The position numbers were made by a program, and so were the translations under genes. DNA of 64,000 bases from the NCBI GenBank assembly GCA_903896505.1, contig CAITXU010000287.1, forward strand, positions 21,308 to 85,307, written 5' to 3'. The DNA comes from an uncultured Verrucomicrobiota bacterium (GTDB lineage Bacteria > Verrucomicrobiota > Verrucomicrobiia > Limisphaerales > UBA9464). Of this stretch, positions 19,113 through 27,725 are shown piece by piece. Under the pieces are notes generated by a model that was given only the letters and a program-made list of their open reading frames with translations, made no database searches and was not told the DNA's origin. Position 1 is the first letter of the stretch; every line of letters begins with the position of its first letter.

Positions 19113-20048
19113 ATGCCAAAGCCCTCCCAAGTCGTGAAGAGTGATATTCCGTCCCACTCGGTCGACGCCTCTCCTCTGTTTGGTGCCCATTTTTCCATTC
19201 GCGAGGACGGTGAAATCGAGGTGCCCGGGGGAAAACCTTTGTCCAACACCACATTGCCTCGGCTTGCCTTTCGCGACGAGGAGCGTGGGGTCTGCATTTA
19301 CCATGCAGATTCGCTGGAACTTCTCGCGGGATTGGCCGCTCAGTATCCCGAGGGTCGGTTTGATTGTATTTTCGCTGATCCACCCTACTTCTTATCGAAC
19401 GGCGGCGTGACCTGCCACGGTGGAAAAATGGTTGTGGTGGACAAGGGCGACTGGGACAAATCCCGCAGTCCGGAACTCAATCATGAGTTTAATCTGGAAT
19501 GGCTTCGCCGCTGTCAGCGGGTTCTCAAACCCAACGGAACCATCTGGGTCAGCGGCACGCTGCACGTGATCTTCTCCATCGGCTATGCCATGCAGCAGCT
19601 CGGATTGAAGATTCTCAACAACATCACCTGGGAGAAACCCAATCCGCCCCCCAATCTCTCCTGCCGCTACTTCACGCACTCCACTGAAACCGTTCTCTGG
19701 GCGGCTAAGAACGAGAAAAGTCGGCACGTTTTCAACTACGATCTGATGCGGGAAACGAATGGGGGCAAGCAGATGAAAACCGTCTGGCGGATGACTGCAC
19801 CCGGCGCGGATGAAAAGATCGAGGGCAAGCATCCGACTCAAAAACCGATCGGATTGGTCGAGCGTTGCCTTCTGGCTTCGACCAAAGAAGGAGACCTTGT
19901 ACTGGACCCGTTCCTGGGCGGAGGCACAACAGCATTGGCCGCGATGCGTCATGGGAGACGTTGCGTGGGAATTGAGTCCGACGCAGCTCATATCGCCCTG
20001 TCCATCGCCCGGGTGAAAGCCGGTGTGCCTACTGGATCACCCGGCTGA
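19113..20048 (+). CDS. DNA methyltransferase, beta class, DPPY motif (N6-adenine or N4-cytosine)
   Basis: DCIFADPPYFLSNGG (motif IV) and DLVLDPFLGGGTTALAA (motif I) are present. The gene starts 6 nt after the endonuclease stop. Confidence 0.85.
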   Translation: MPKPSQVVKSDIPSHSVDASPLFGAHFSIREDGEIEVPGGKPLSNTTLPRLAFRDEERGVCIYHADSLELLAGLAAQYPEGRFDCIFADPPYFLSNGGVTCHGGKMVVVDKGDWDKSRSPELNHEFNLEWLRRCQRVLKPNGTIWVSGTLHVIFSIGYAMQQLGLKILNNITWEKPNPPPNLSCRYFTHSTETVLWAAKNEKSRHVFNYDLMRETNGGKQMKTVWRMTAPGADEKIEGKHPTQKPIGLVERCLLASTKEGDLVLDPFLGGGTTALAAMRHGRRCVGIESDAAHIALSIARVKAGVPTGSPG

Positions 20049-20055
20049 GAATGGA

Positions 20056-20085
20056 CCACAGAGGGCTCAGAGGACACAGAGGAAG
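20056..20085 (-). repeat. dispersed short repeat family B core (reverse orientation)
   Basis: ccacagagggctcagaggacacagag is the reverse complement of the ctctgtg..ctctgtgg core seen at 6481 and 49227. The rest of 20086..20387 contains further GC-rich hairpins (cccaggccaacggcctggg). Confidence 0.55.
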
Positions 20086-20387
20086 AAGAATTGTGCCGTG
20101 GGTAGGGAAAACTTCCAAAATCCGGCGTGAAGACCCGCGGCCTTACCCATTCGTCCGTTGGTTCTTGGGCAGTATCAGAACCGGTTCAAACCACCACGGC
20201 CCACTTGGAAGGCCAACGGCCCGCATCCATCCCAGCCCAGGCCAACGGCCTGGGTCGGGTGCCATTGGCTTTTGAGGGCTGAAGGCCCGAATCACGGGAA
20301 TTGAATGAAACGCCTGGGACCAAGACGTATGTTCCGTTTCCATGTCTTTATTGGCCGACGAACGGGCGAGGTGGTGCCCAGCCGCGC

Positions 20388-21095
20388 TCAGGACCTCGTG
20401 AGGTCGGGCACCTCCAGCAAACGCCATTTTCCCGGCTCCAAATCGCCGAGCTCAATCTCTCCAAACCGGGACCGATGGAGTCTCGTCACCGTGCGTCCGG
20501 TGACACCAAACATCCGTTTCACCTGATGAAAGCGGCCTTCAGTCAATTCCAGTCGTGCCTGAAGGTCGTCCAGAATCTGTAATCGGGCGGGAGCACAGGG
20601 GGAATCCTCACCTGGCAGTTGCAGGGTACCGCTGGCAAACAGCGGGATCAATGTGTCGTCCAGGGGTTGGTCGACCGTTACTTCGTAAACCTTGGGAACT
20701 TTGTGCCGGGGGGAAGTCCAGCGTTGAATGAGGTCACCCAGGTCCGTCAGGAGCAACACACCGGTGGTATCGTGATCGAGGCGTCCAATGCTGTTGATGG
20801 CAGGATTTCGATGCTGCCACCGTTCGGGCAGCAGGTCATAGATGCTGGGTCCTTCAGAGGCTTGATGAGAACAGACACGTCCGGCGGGTTTGTTCAGGAG
20901 CACCAGAAGTCCGTCCGGGGCCTCCAGAGGTTCGCCATCCACCCGAATTTCCCCCCCAGGGACCCTTTGTTCCGCTGAATGCGCGGGCTCATTCCCCACC
21001 AAAACCCGTCCTTGACGCACCCAGGCACGAGCCTCCCGTCGGCTGCAATAGCCGCAGCGTGAAAGCCATTGATCGATTCGCGAAGTTTGGGCCAT
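20388..21095 (-). CDS. rsuA: pseudouridine synthase, RsuA/RluB family, with S4 domain
   Basis: RIDQWLSRCGYCSRREA (S4 domain), the catalytic GRLDHDTTGVLLLTD, and EGRFHQVKRMF are present. Confidence 0.8.
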   Translation of the reverse strand: MAQTSRIDQWLSRCGYCSRREARAWVRQGRVLVGNEPAHSAEQRVPGGEIRVDGEPLEAPDGLLVLLNKPAGRVCSHQASEGPSIYDLLPERWQHRNPAINSIGRLDHDTTGVLLLTDLGDLIQRWTSPRHKVPKVYEVTVDQPLDDTLIPLFASGTLQLPGEDSPCAPARLQILDDLQARLELTEGRFHQVKRMFGVTGRTVTRLHRSRFGEIELGDLEPGKWRLLEVPDLTRS

Positions 21096-21109
21096 CCCGG
21101 TCGGTCGTT

Positions 21110-21283
21110 TCAACGGATGGAATTGGTCCACCACATCAGCAACGCCAGCAGAGCGGCGAAAATGGCTCCAGCCAGGATGGCAGCCAGCAACTGCATCCGA
21201 TGCTTCCGGCGATTGCCACGTCCTTGCCCGGGGAGCAGGTAGTAGCGCTTTTCGTCAGGTGTCTTGGGTCTTGAGCCGAACAT
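21110..21283 (-). CDS. small single-pass membrane protein (57 aa, below ORF-track cutoff)
   Basis: Hand translation gives MFGSRPKTPDEKRYYLLPGQGRGNRRKHRMQLLAAILAGAIFAALLALLMWWTNSIR. It ends 14 nt upstream of the rsuA-like start. No homology was recognised. Confidence 0.3.
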   Translation of the reverse strand: MFGSRPKTPDEKRYYLLPGQGRGNRRKHRMQLLAAILAGAIFAALLALLMWWTNSIR

Positions 21284-21419
21284 ACAGGCTGATGGAAGGA
21301 TGCGGACCGAAGGACCGGTCAGCCAGTACCATGTCGTTGAAGTTTCCGCACACGAACCATTGGGATGGTGAAAATGTATGAGCGGTTCACCCTGAGAAAG
21401 GCAACAAGTAATTTGTCAG

Positions 21420-22676
21420 ATGCTTTTTTGCGTGACCTTTGTTCAGGTCTACGACAGAAGAAAAGCCATCGCTTCTCCTTCCCCTGCGCCAACTCCTGCC
21501 GGAATCGCCCGTCTGGCTTCCATCGATGCCTATCGGGGTTTCGTGATGTTCCTCATGATGGGGGAAGTCCTCAGTTTTTGCCGGGTGGCCGAGGCATTGG
21601 CGGCACCGGGCCTCTGGGGGTTTCTTTGTCTTCAACAGTCCCATGTCGATTGGACCGGTTGCGTCCTTCACGACATGATCCAACCGTCGTTCTCCTTCCT
21701 TGTTGGTGTTGCTCTGCCGTTTTCGATCGCCAGTCGTCGGGCCAAGGGACAGACATTCTCGGGATTGGTGGGGCACGCGGCCTTTCGGGCGCTCGGACTT
21801 GTCTTGCTCGGGGTATGGCTGCGTTCGACCCATTCGCCCCAGACCCGCTGGACCTTCGAAGACACCCTCTCCCAAATTGGTCTCGGTTACCTATTCCTCT
21901 TTTCACTCGGCTTTCTGTCCAGGAAGGTTCAATGGGCCGCGTTCGTGGGAATCCTGGTCGGCTATTGGGCACTTTTCGCCTTGTGGCCGCTTCCCGGGCC
22001 GGACTTTGACTACGCCAGGGTGGATGTATCGGCCGATTGGCTTCGGCAACATGGCCTTTCCGGCTTTGCCGCTCATTGGCAGAAGAACAGCAATCCCGCC
22101 TGGGCATTTGATACCTGGTTCCTGAACCTGTTTTCCCGGGTCAAGCCGTTCGTCGCGAATGACGGCGGTTATTCGACCCTGAGTTTTATTCCCACGCTCG
22201 GGACCATGGTCTTGGGACTGTTGGCGGGCGGAGTCCTCAGGTCGTCGTCCACTCCGGCTCAAAAACTGCGTTGGCTCCTGATTGCGGGAGCCATTTCACT
22301 GGCTGCGGGTTGGTTGTTGGGCGTGTCGGGAATTTGTCCTGTGGTCAAACGAATATGGACCCCCAGTTGGGTCCTTTTCAGCGGCGGATGGTGTCTGTTC
22401 CTGCTGGGTGGGTTTTATGCGGGCATCGACATGGTTCAAAAGCCAGGATGGTCCTTTCTGCTTCGGGTGGTGGGAATGAATTCCATTGCTGCCTATCTGA
22501 TTGCCCATCTGTTTGAAGGGTTCATTGCCCGCGACCTCCAAATCCATTTTGGGAGGGGAATATTTCAGTCGTTTGGTGCCGCCTATCAACCTTTTTTACA
22601 TGGGGTTGCCATTCTGGCGGTGTACTGGTTGCTGCTCCTCTGGCTCTATCGGAGAAAGATTTTCCTCCGACTTTGA
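21420..22676 (+). CDS. DUF5009/DUF1624 acyltransferase-like membrane protein (heparan-alpha-glucosaminide N-acetyltransferase-like)
   Basis: RLASIDAYRGFVMFLMM N-terminal signature, and the protein is polytopic. Confidence 0.6.
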   Translation: MLFCVTFVQVYDRRKAIASPSPAPTPAGIARLASIDAYRGFVMFLMMGEVLSFCRVAEALAAPGLWGFLCLQQSHVDWTGCVLHDMIQPSFSFLVGVALPFSIASRRAKGQTFSGLVGHAAFRALGLVLLGVWLRSTHSPQTRWTFEDTLSQIGLGYLFLFSLGFLSRKVQWAAFVGILVGYWALFALWPLPGPDFDYARVDVSADWLRQHGLSGFAAHWQKNSNPAWAFDTWFLNLFSRVKPFVANDGGYSTLSFIPTLGTMVLGLLAGGVLRSSSTPAQKLRWLLIAGAISLAAGWLLGVSGICPVVKRIWTPSWVLFSGGWCLFLLGGFYAGIDMVQKPGWSFLLRVVGMNSIAAYLIAHLFEGFIARDLQIHFGRGIFQSFGAAYQPFLHGVAILAVYWLLLLWLYRRKIFLRL

Positions 22677-22739
22677 TCAGCTCTGCGCCGGAGATGGCTA
22701 TCGCTTGCCTTTCCTTCCGGATCACATCAAACTTGAATC

Positions 22740-23198
22740 GTGAAGAAGGACGTCGTGTCAGTGCAGATTCGGGGGTTGTTGCCGGCACAAGGCGGCTGCG
22801 CTCTCTTCGTCGGCAACGAGGACAAAATCTTCGTCATCCAGGTTGAACACAACATGGGGGCCGTGATCGGCATGGCATTGCGGGGGGTTCAGCATGAACG
22901 CCCGCTGACCCACGAACTCCTCGGGCGGGTTTTCAGCGGCTTTGGTATCGAGGTGGACCGGGTCGTCATCACGGAGCTGCGCAATCACACCTATTTTGCG
23001 CGGCTGTTCCTGCGACAACAAAACGAGCTGGGCTCCAATGTCGTGGAAATAGACGCCCGCCCCAGCGATTGCCTGGCCCTCGCGGCCATGCAGAAGCGGC
23101 CCATTTTCGTCCGGACAAAGCTCTTCGAGGAGGTGGAGGATATGAGCGAGGTCCTCTCCCAAATCAGCGAGGACGGGGGCGATACCGACCCGGCTTGA
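22740..23198 (+). CDS. bifunctional nuclease family protein (DUF151/BFN)
   Basis: VQIRGLL..GGCALFVGNEDKIFVIQV ... RPLTHELL ... RPSDCLALA. Confidence 0.75.
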   Translation: MKKDVVSVQIRGLLPAQGGCALFVGNEDKIFVIQVEHNMGAVIGMALRGVQHERPLTHELLGRVFSGFGIEVDRVVITELRNHTYFARLFLRQQNELGSNVVEIDARPSDCLALAAMQKRPIFVRTKLFEEVEDMSEVLSQISEDGGDTDPA

Positions 23199-24367
23199 TG
23201 GCGTCCGCCCCGGTGTCGTCGGAAGTCCAAGGTCCGGTCGTCCTGATCTGCGGTGATGACGAATTCACCATCAAGCAACGCTCGCGTCAGCTCTTTGAAC
23301 GCTGGCGAGGCGAACTCGGAGGAGATGACCACGAAATCATCGATGCCGGGTGCTCCAATGCATCCCAAGCTTCAGACGCTGTTTCCCGCCTGAGAGAGGC
23401 GATAAACACGCGGTCTTTTTTTGGTGGAGCAAAGGTTGTCTGGTTTAAGGATTGTTCGTTCCTCGGGGAAGACCGGACCTCCGGCAGTGCAGCAGTGACA
23501 GGTGCTCTAGGCGACCTGGCCAAATCCTTGAAGGAATTTCGATGGGATGGGGTTCGCCTTTTGGTTTCGGCGGGTAAGCCGGATAAAAAGCGCGTCTTTT
23601 TTAAGTGGCTGGAGGCGACCGGTCGGGTCGAGTGGTACGCCGCCCTGTCCGCCGACGACAAGGACTGGGCCACCCGAGCAGAGGGCGAGGTGATTAAGGC
23701 CATCCGATCAGCGGGCAAGGATATTCGGGATGACGCGCTGGCCGAGTGTGTCGCCCGTGTGGGACCCAACCTTCGTGCCCTCATCAACGAAGTCGAGAAG
23801 GTGATCCTTTATGTCGGCGAACGAAAGACCGTCACAGTGGACGACATTCGCGCCATCACCACCCAACAGAAGCAGGCGCAGGCATTCGCGCTGGGCGAAG
23901 CGTTGGGCGACCGGGACCTTCCCCGACTGTTGAGGTTGCTGGATCGCGAGTTGGGTGAAATTCGAACGGGTGTCGAGAAGGGGAAATCGGAGATTGGTGT
24001 CCTGTATGGACTCATCAGCAAGGTGAGGGCCATGTTGCTGATGCGCGAAACTCGCGACCGTTCTCTGCTGAAACCCGTCTCGGACTACAGCGCCTTTCGG
24101 GCTCAGGTGGAGCGCATCCCATCAGGACAATTGCCCGAAGACCGGCGGTTCAATCCTCTCGCAGGGCATCCGTATGTCGCGTTTCAGGCATTCCGCCAGT
24201 CCGACAATTACGCCATCTCCGAACTCAACCGGGCCATGGAACTGTTGCTCGAAGCCAACCTGAAGCTGGTGGGAAGTTCCATGGACGAAGGGGCAGTCTT
24301 GAGGCAGGCCTTGGTGGAAATTGTCGGAACACAGCCCCGGGAGAAATCCCGACGACAGGTCTCTTGA
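23198..24367 (+). CDS. holA: DNA polymerase III delta subunit
   Basis: ATG at 23198 overlaps the upstream stop (TGATG). VVLICGDDEFTIKQ, the overall length and a HolA-like helical C-terminus support the call. Confidence 0.7.
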   Translation: MASAPVSSEVQGPVVLICGDDEFTIKQRSRQLFERWRGELGGDDHEIIDAGCSNASQASDAVSRLREAINTRSFFGGAKVVWFKDCSFLGEDRTSGSAAVTGALGDLAKSLKEFRWDGVRLLVSAGKPDKKRVFFKWLEATGRVEWYAALSADDKDWATRAEGEVIKAIRSAGKDIRDDALAECVARVGPNLRALINEVEKVILYVGERKTVTVDDIRAITTQQKQAQAFALGEALGDRDLPRLLRLLDRELGEIRTGVEKGKSEIGVLYGLISKVRAMLLMRETRDRSLLKPVSDYSAFRAQVERIPSGQLPEDRRFNPLAGHPYVAFQAFRQSDNYAISELNRAMELLLEANLKLVGSSMDEGAVLRQALVEIVGTQPREKSRRQVS

Positions 24368-24383
24368 GCTAAAATCAGCGCGT

Positions 24384-26417
24384 ATGCGTCGTTTCCTACT
24401 CTCGCTTTTTTACCTGGTCGGCATGGCCCAGGGATTCCAGCTTCGATCCGAATCCGTGGTCATCCATGTGGCACCCGAAGGCAGTGACGGTGCCAGCGGA
24501 CGCACCACCAACCGGGACGACCGGCGGGACGGACCGCTTCAATCCATCCAGAAAGCCATTCTGACGGCGCGTGCAGTCCGGGGTGAGCGGGGCGAAGTCG
24601 AGGTGATGGTGGAAATCGCCGAAGGTCGCTATGAGCTTCCGGGCCCGCTGGTGATTGGAGCGAAGGACTCGGGTCTGACCTTGGCGGCACGCCCGGGTGC
24701 CCGGGTTGAAATCAGCGGTGGCACGCACGTTTCCGGATGGCAGCCGTCGCCAGAAAATCCCAAGGTATGGCAGACCACCCTGCCGCAAGTCCGCGCTGGG
24801 AGTTGGCGATTCAATCAGCTTTTCGTCGATGGCCACCGTGCCACCCGGGCCAGAACTCCAAACCGGGATTACTTTCGAACTGAAGGGCCGCTGTCTGTAG
24901 GTTCCAAAGTCACCTTTCCCTATCGAAAGGGAGACCTTCTCTCCTCCTGGACTCAAGCCCCGGGTGGCGAGGTTGTTCTTTTGGAAAAGTGGACCGACCT
25001 CCGACTTCCGCTTTTGGGTGTTAACGAGGCCACTTGGGTGGCGTCGTTGGGGTCCATGAGCTTGCCCGATTGGATGGACGAAAAGTCCGTCCGATACTGG
25101 GTTGAAAATATTCCGGAAGCGCTGGATCAACCGGACGAGTGGTATCTGGATGTCCAGACAGGGATTCTCAAGTACTATCCACCCATAGGTTGGGACCCCA
25201 AAAAGTCCATGGTGACCGCCCCGCGGCTGCAGGAGTTGGTTCGGGTTTCGGGCGACACGAAGGCGTTGGTCCGCACACCGGTGTCCCGGGTGGTCTTCCG
25301 CGGCCTTCGGTTCACCGAATGCGATTATGAACTGCCCTCCCAAGGGTTGATTTCCCAGCAGACCGCCGTGCCAATTCATGGCGCGGTGACCATCGAGAAC
25401 TCAATCGACGGAACCATTCAAAATTGCCTGTTCGAAAATCTGGGAGGCTATGCCATTGAATTGGGGGTCGGTTCCAAGGGTTGGGTGATTGCTGGAAATC
25501 AGTTGCGCTCTCTGGGTGCCGGAGGAATTCGTGTGGGTGATCCCCATCATCCGCTTCCCAAGGCAGATGACCTTTGTGAGAGCCATCGCATTTCGGACAA
25601 TGATATTGGCGAATTGGGTCGGATTTTTGCTCCAGCCTCCGGGATTGTGGTCTACCAAAGCGGAAAAAATCGCATTCGGCACAATAGGATTCACGACCTC
25701 TACTACACCGGGATTTCAGTGGGATGGACCTGGGGCTACACCGAGTCCGCCTGTCGCGATAATCTGGTCGAGTTCAACCTGGTGGAGCGGGTGGGACAGG
25801 GGAAGTTGACCGACATGGGCGGCATTTACACTCTCGGTCCCCAACCCGGGACCCTCATTCGAAACAATCTGTTCCGGGACATTGAAAGCCATGACTACGG
25901 AGGATGGGGGTTGTACACGGACGAAGGGAGTACCGGGATCGTTCTCGAAAACAACGTGGTGTATCGCTGCAAGAGTGCCGGATTTCACCAGCATTACGGT
26001 CGGGACAATGTGGTTCGCAACAACCTGTTTGCGTTCAATCACGACTACCAGTTGATGCGCACAAGGGCGGAGGACCATCTGTCGTTTTCCTTCACCCGCA
26101 ATGTGGTGGTCTTCGATACGGGTGAACTCCTCGGCAGCAACTGGACGGGGGGTACCAATCAATTCCGGATGGAGGGTAACCTCTACTGGGACAAGCGGCT
26201 AGCCACCCACGTGGAAGACTTGAGGTTTGGAGGGCAGAACTTGCAGGAATGGCGGCGGTCGGGCCAGGACGTCACTTCGGTGATTGCCGACCCTCTGCTA
26301 ATCGATCCCGAACACCCGGAACAGGGTCTGCGGTCGGATTCTCCGGCCTTCAAGCTGGGCTTTAAGGCCATTGACCTCGGCGGAGTGGGTGTTCGACCGC
26401 CAAGTGCCCGGGACTGA
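24384..26417 (+). CDS. secreted right-handed parallel beta-helix repeat protein
   Basis: Signal peptide MRRFLLSLFYLVGMAQG. Repeated N-x-x-x-x-N/I turns occur (IRHNRIHD, IRNNLFRDI, VLENNVVY, VVRNNLFAF). Confidence 0.6.
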   Translation: MRRFLLSLFYLVGMAQGFQLRSESVVIHVAPEGSDGASGRTTNRDDRRDGPLQSIQKAILTARAVRGERGEVEVMVEIAEGRYELPGPLVIGAKDSGLTLAARPGARVEISGGTHVSGWQPSPENPKVWQTTLPQVRAGSWRFNQLFVDGHRATRARTPNRDYFRTEGPLSVGSKVTFPYRKGDLLSSWTQAPGGEVVLLEKWTDLRLPLLGVNEATWVASLGSMSLPDWMDEKSVRYWVENIPEALDQPDEWYLDVQTGILKYYPPIGWDPKKSMVTAPRLQELVRVSGDTKALVRTPVSRVVFRGLRFTECDYELPSQGLISQQTAVPIHGAVTIENSIDGTIQNCLFENLGGYAIELGVGSKGWVIAGNQLRSLGAGGIRVGDPHHPLPKADDLCESHRISDNDIGELGRIFAPASGIVVYQSGKNRIRHNRIHDLYYTGISVGWTWGYTESACRDNLVEFNLVERVGQGKLTDMGGIYTLGPQPGTLIRNNLFRDIESHDYGGWGLYTDEGSTGIVLENNVVYRCKSAGFHQHYGRDNVVRNNLFAFNHDYQLMRTRAEDHLSFSFTRNVVVFDTGELLGSNWTGGTNQFRMEGNLYWDKRLATHVEDLRFGGQNLQEWRRSGQDVTSVIADPLLIDPEHPEQGLRSDSPAFKLGFKAIDLGGVGVRPPSARD

Positions 26418-26559
26418 ATCCAGAGAGCCCAAAGGGATTCTGTTTTCGGACCGTTCCAAAAAATCGAATTCCCTATCTTCGATCACTCTTGTAGGCTCCT
26501 GTCCCTTGTACCCCTCCGTTCAACCGGGAGGGAACTCAACTCGAACCTGATTGTCGATT

Positions 26560-27525
26560 ATGCCACTGACACACACCCGCGACCTGTTCGCCAAGGCACT
26601 CAAAGGGAAATACGCCCTGGGTGCCTTCAACGTGAACAACATGGAATTGATCCAGGCGATTATTGAGGCCTGCGAAGAGGAAAAGGCCCCGGTCATGCTC
26701 CAAATTTCAAAAGGGGCGCGGCAATATGCCCACCCGGTTTACCTGAAGAAGTTGATTGAGGCAGCGGTCAGTTTGAGCACCATCCCTATCGCGGTGCATT
26801 TGGACCACGGTGATTCCTTTGAATTGTGCAAGCAGTGCATCGACGAGGGATTCACGAGCGTCATGATCGACGCCTCTCATGAGCCCTTCGACAAAAACGT
26901 CGAAATCTGCCGGGAAGTGGTCGAGTACGCTCACAAACACAACTGCGTTGTCGAAGGCGAATTGGGTCACTTGGTCGGTGCCCAGTTTGATGAAGGCGAA
27001 GAAGGCGGCAACTACAGCGTGGGCGGCCACTACACCCATCCCGTTGAGGCGGTGGATTTTGTGAGGAAGACGGGTGTCGACTCGCTGGCCATCGCGATCG
27101 GCAACAGCCACGGGGCCTACAAGTTTAAGGGCGATCAGCGGTTGGACATCGAGCGTCTCAAGAACATCAAGAAGGCCCTCATGGATGCCGACTTGGGAGA
27201 CTACCCGCTGGTGTTGCATGGGGCCTCATCGGTTCCTGCCCACATTGTCGATGAGATCAACAAGTACGGTGGTAAAATGGGTGCCGACACCGCCGGTGTT
27301 GCCGAGTCCGACATCGAAGAGGCTCGCCGCACCGGGGTAACCAAGGTCAATATCGATACCGACCTTCGCCTCGCCATGACTGCTGCTATTCGGAAGGTGT
27401 TTGCCGAAAAACCGGCAGAATTCGATCCCCGGAAGTACCTCGGACCTGCCCGCGTCGCCACCAAGGAGTTGGTCCGCCACAAGCTCCGAAATGTCCTCTG
27501 CAGCGCCGGTCACGCCTTTGATTGA
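26560..27525 (+). CDS. fba: class II fructose-bisphosphate aldolase
   Basis: YALGAFNVNNMELIQAIIEA, VHLDHG, GELG and HGASS are present. Confidence 0.9.
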   Translation: MPLTHTRDLFAKALKGKYALGAFNVNNMELIQAIIEACEEEKAPVMLQISKGARQYAHPVYLKKLIEAAVSLSTIPIAVHLDHGDSFELCKQCIDEGFTSVMIDASHEPFDKNVEICREVVEYAHKHNCVVEGELGHLVGAQFDEGEEGGNYSVGGHYTHPVEAVDFVRKTGVDSLAIAIGNSHGAYKFKGDQRLDIERLKNIKKALMDADLGDYPLVLHGASSVPAHIVDEINKYGGKMGADTAGVAESDIEEARRTGVTKVNIDTDLRLAMTAAIRKVFAEKPAEFDPRKYLGPARVATKELVRHKLRNVLCSAGHAFD

Positions 27526-27559
27526 CGTTTTGTGGCCCTTCAGGGGCCAAGCAATCCAG

Positions 27560-27603
27560 AAAACGCCCCGCCGACCTTTGTTGGTCGGGGCGTTTTTGTT
27601 TTC
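27560..27603 (+). terminator. rho-independent terminator of fba
   Basis: aaaacgccccgccgacc tttgtt ggtcggggcgtttt followed by tgttttc. Confidence 0.7.
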
Positions 27604-27615
27604 GGCTCCCGCTTC

Positions 27616-27725
27616 GTTGCTCACTCCCCACGGACCACTGCGGGTATGCTCGTCGCTCGTCGCGTCGCGGGAGCCGAAAATCCCTCGCGGCAAACTGTAA
27701 GCTATAGGGGATACACGACACTAGG
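27616..27725 (+). repeat. ~110-nt dispersed element, copy A
   Basis: It aligns along its length with 45146..45254: gttgctc.ctcc...cgggtatgctcgtcg.tcgtcgc...gcgggagccgaaaatc.ctcgcggcaaactgtaagc...gacactag. Confidence 0.8.

Noticed and set aside
17437-20048. Treating the M-R-M cassette as a clearly foreign low-GC island.
   Set aside because: Hand counts on two lines of the endonuclease gene give ~50-55% GC, only modestly below the flanks. No flanking direct repeats were found, so the evidence is too weak to call an island.
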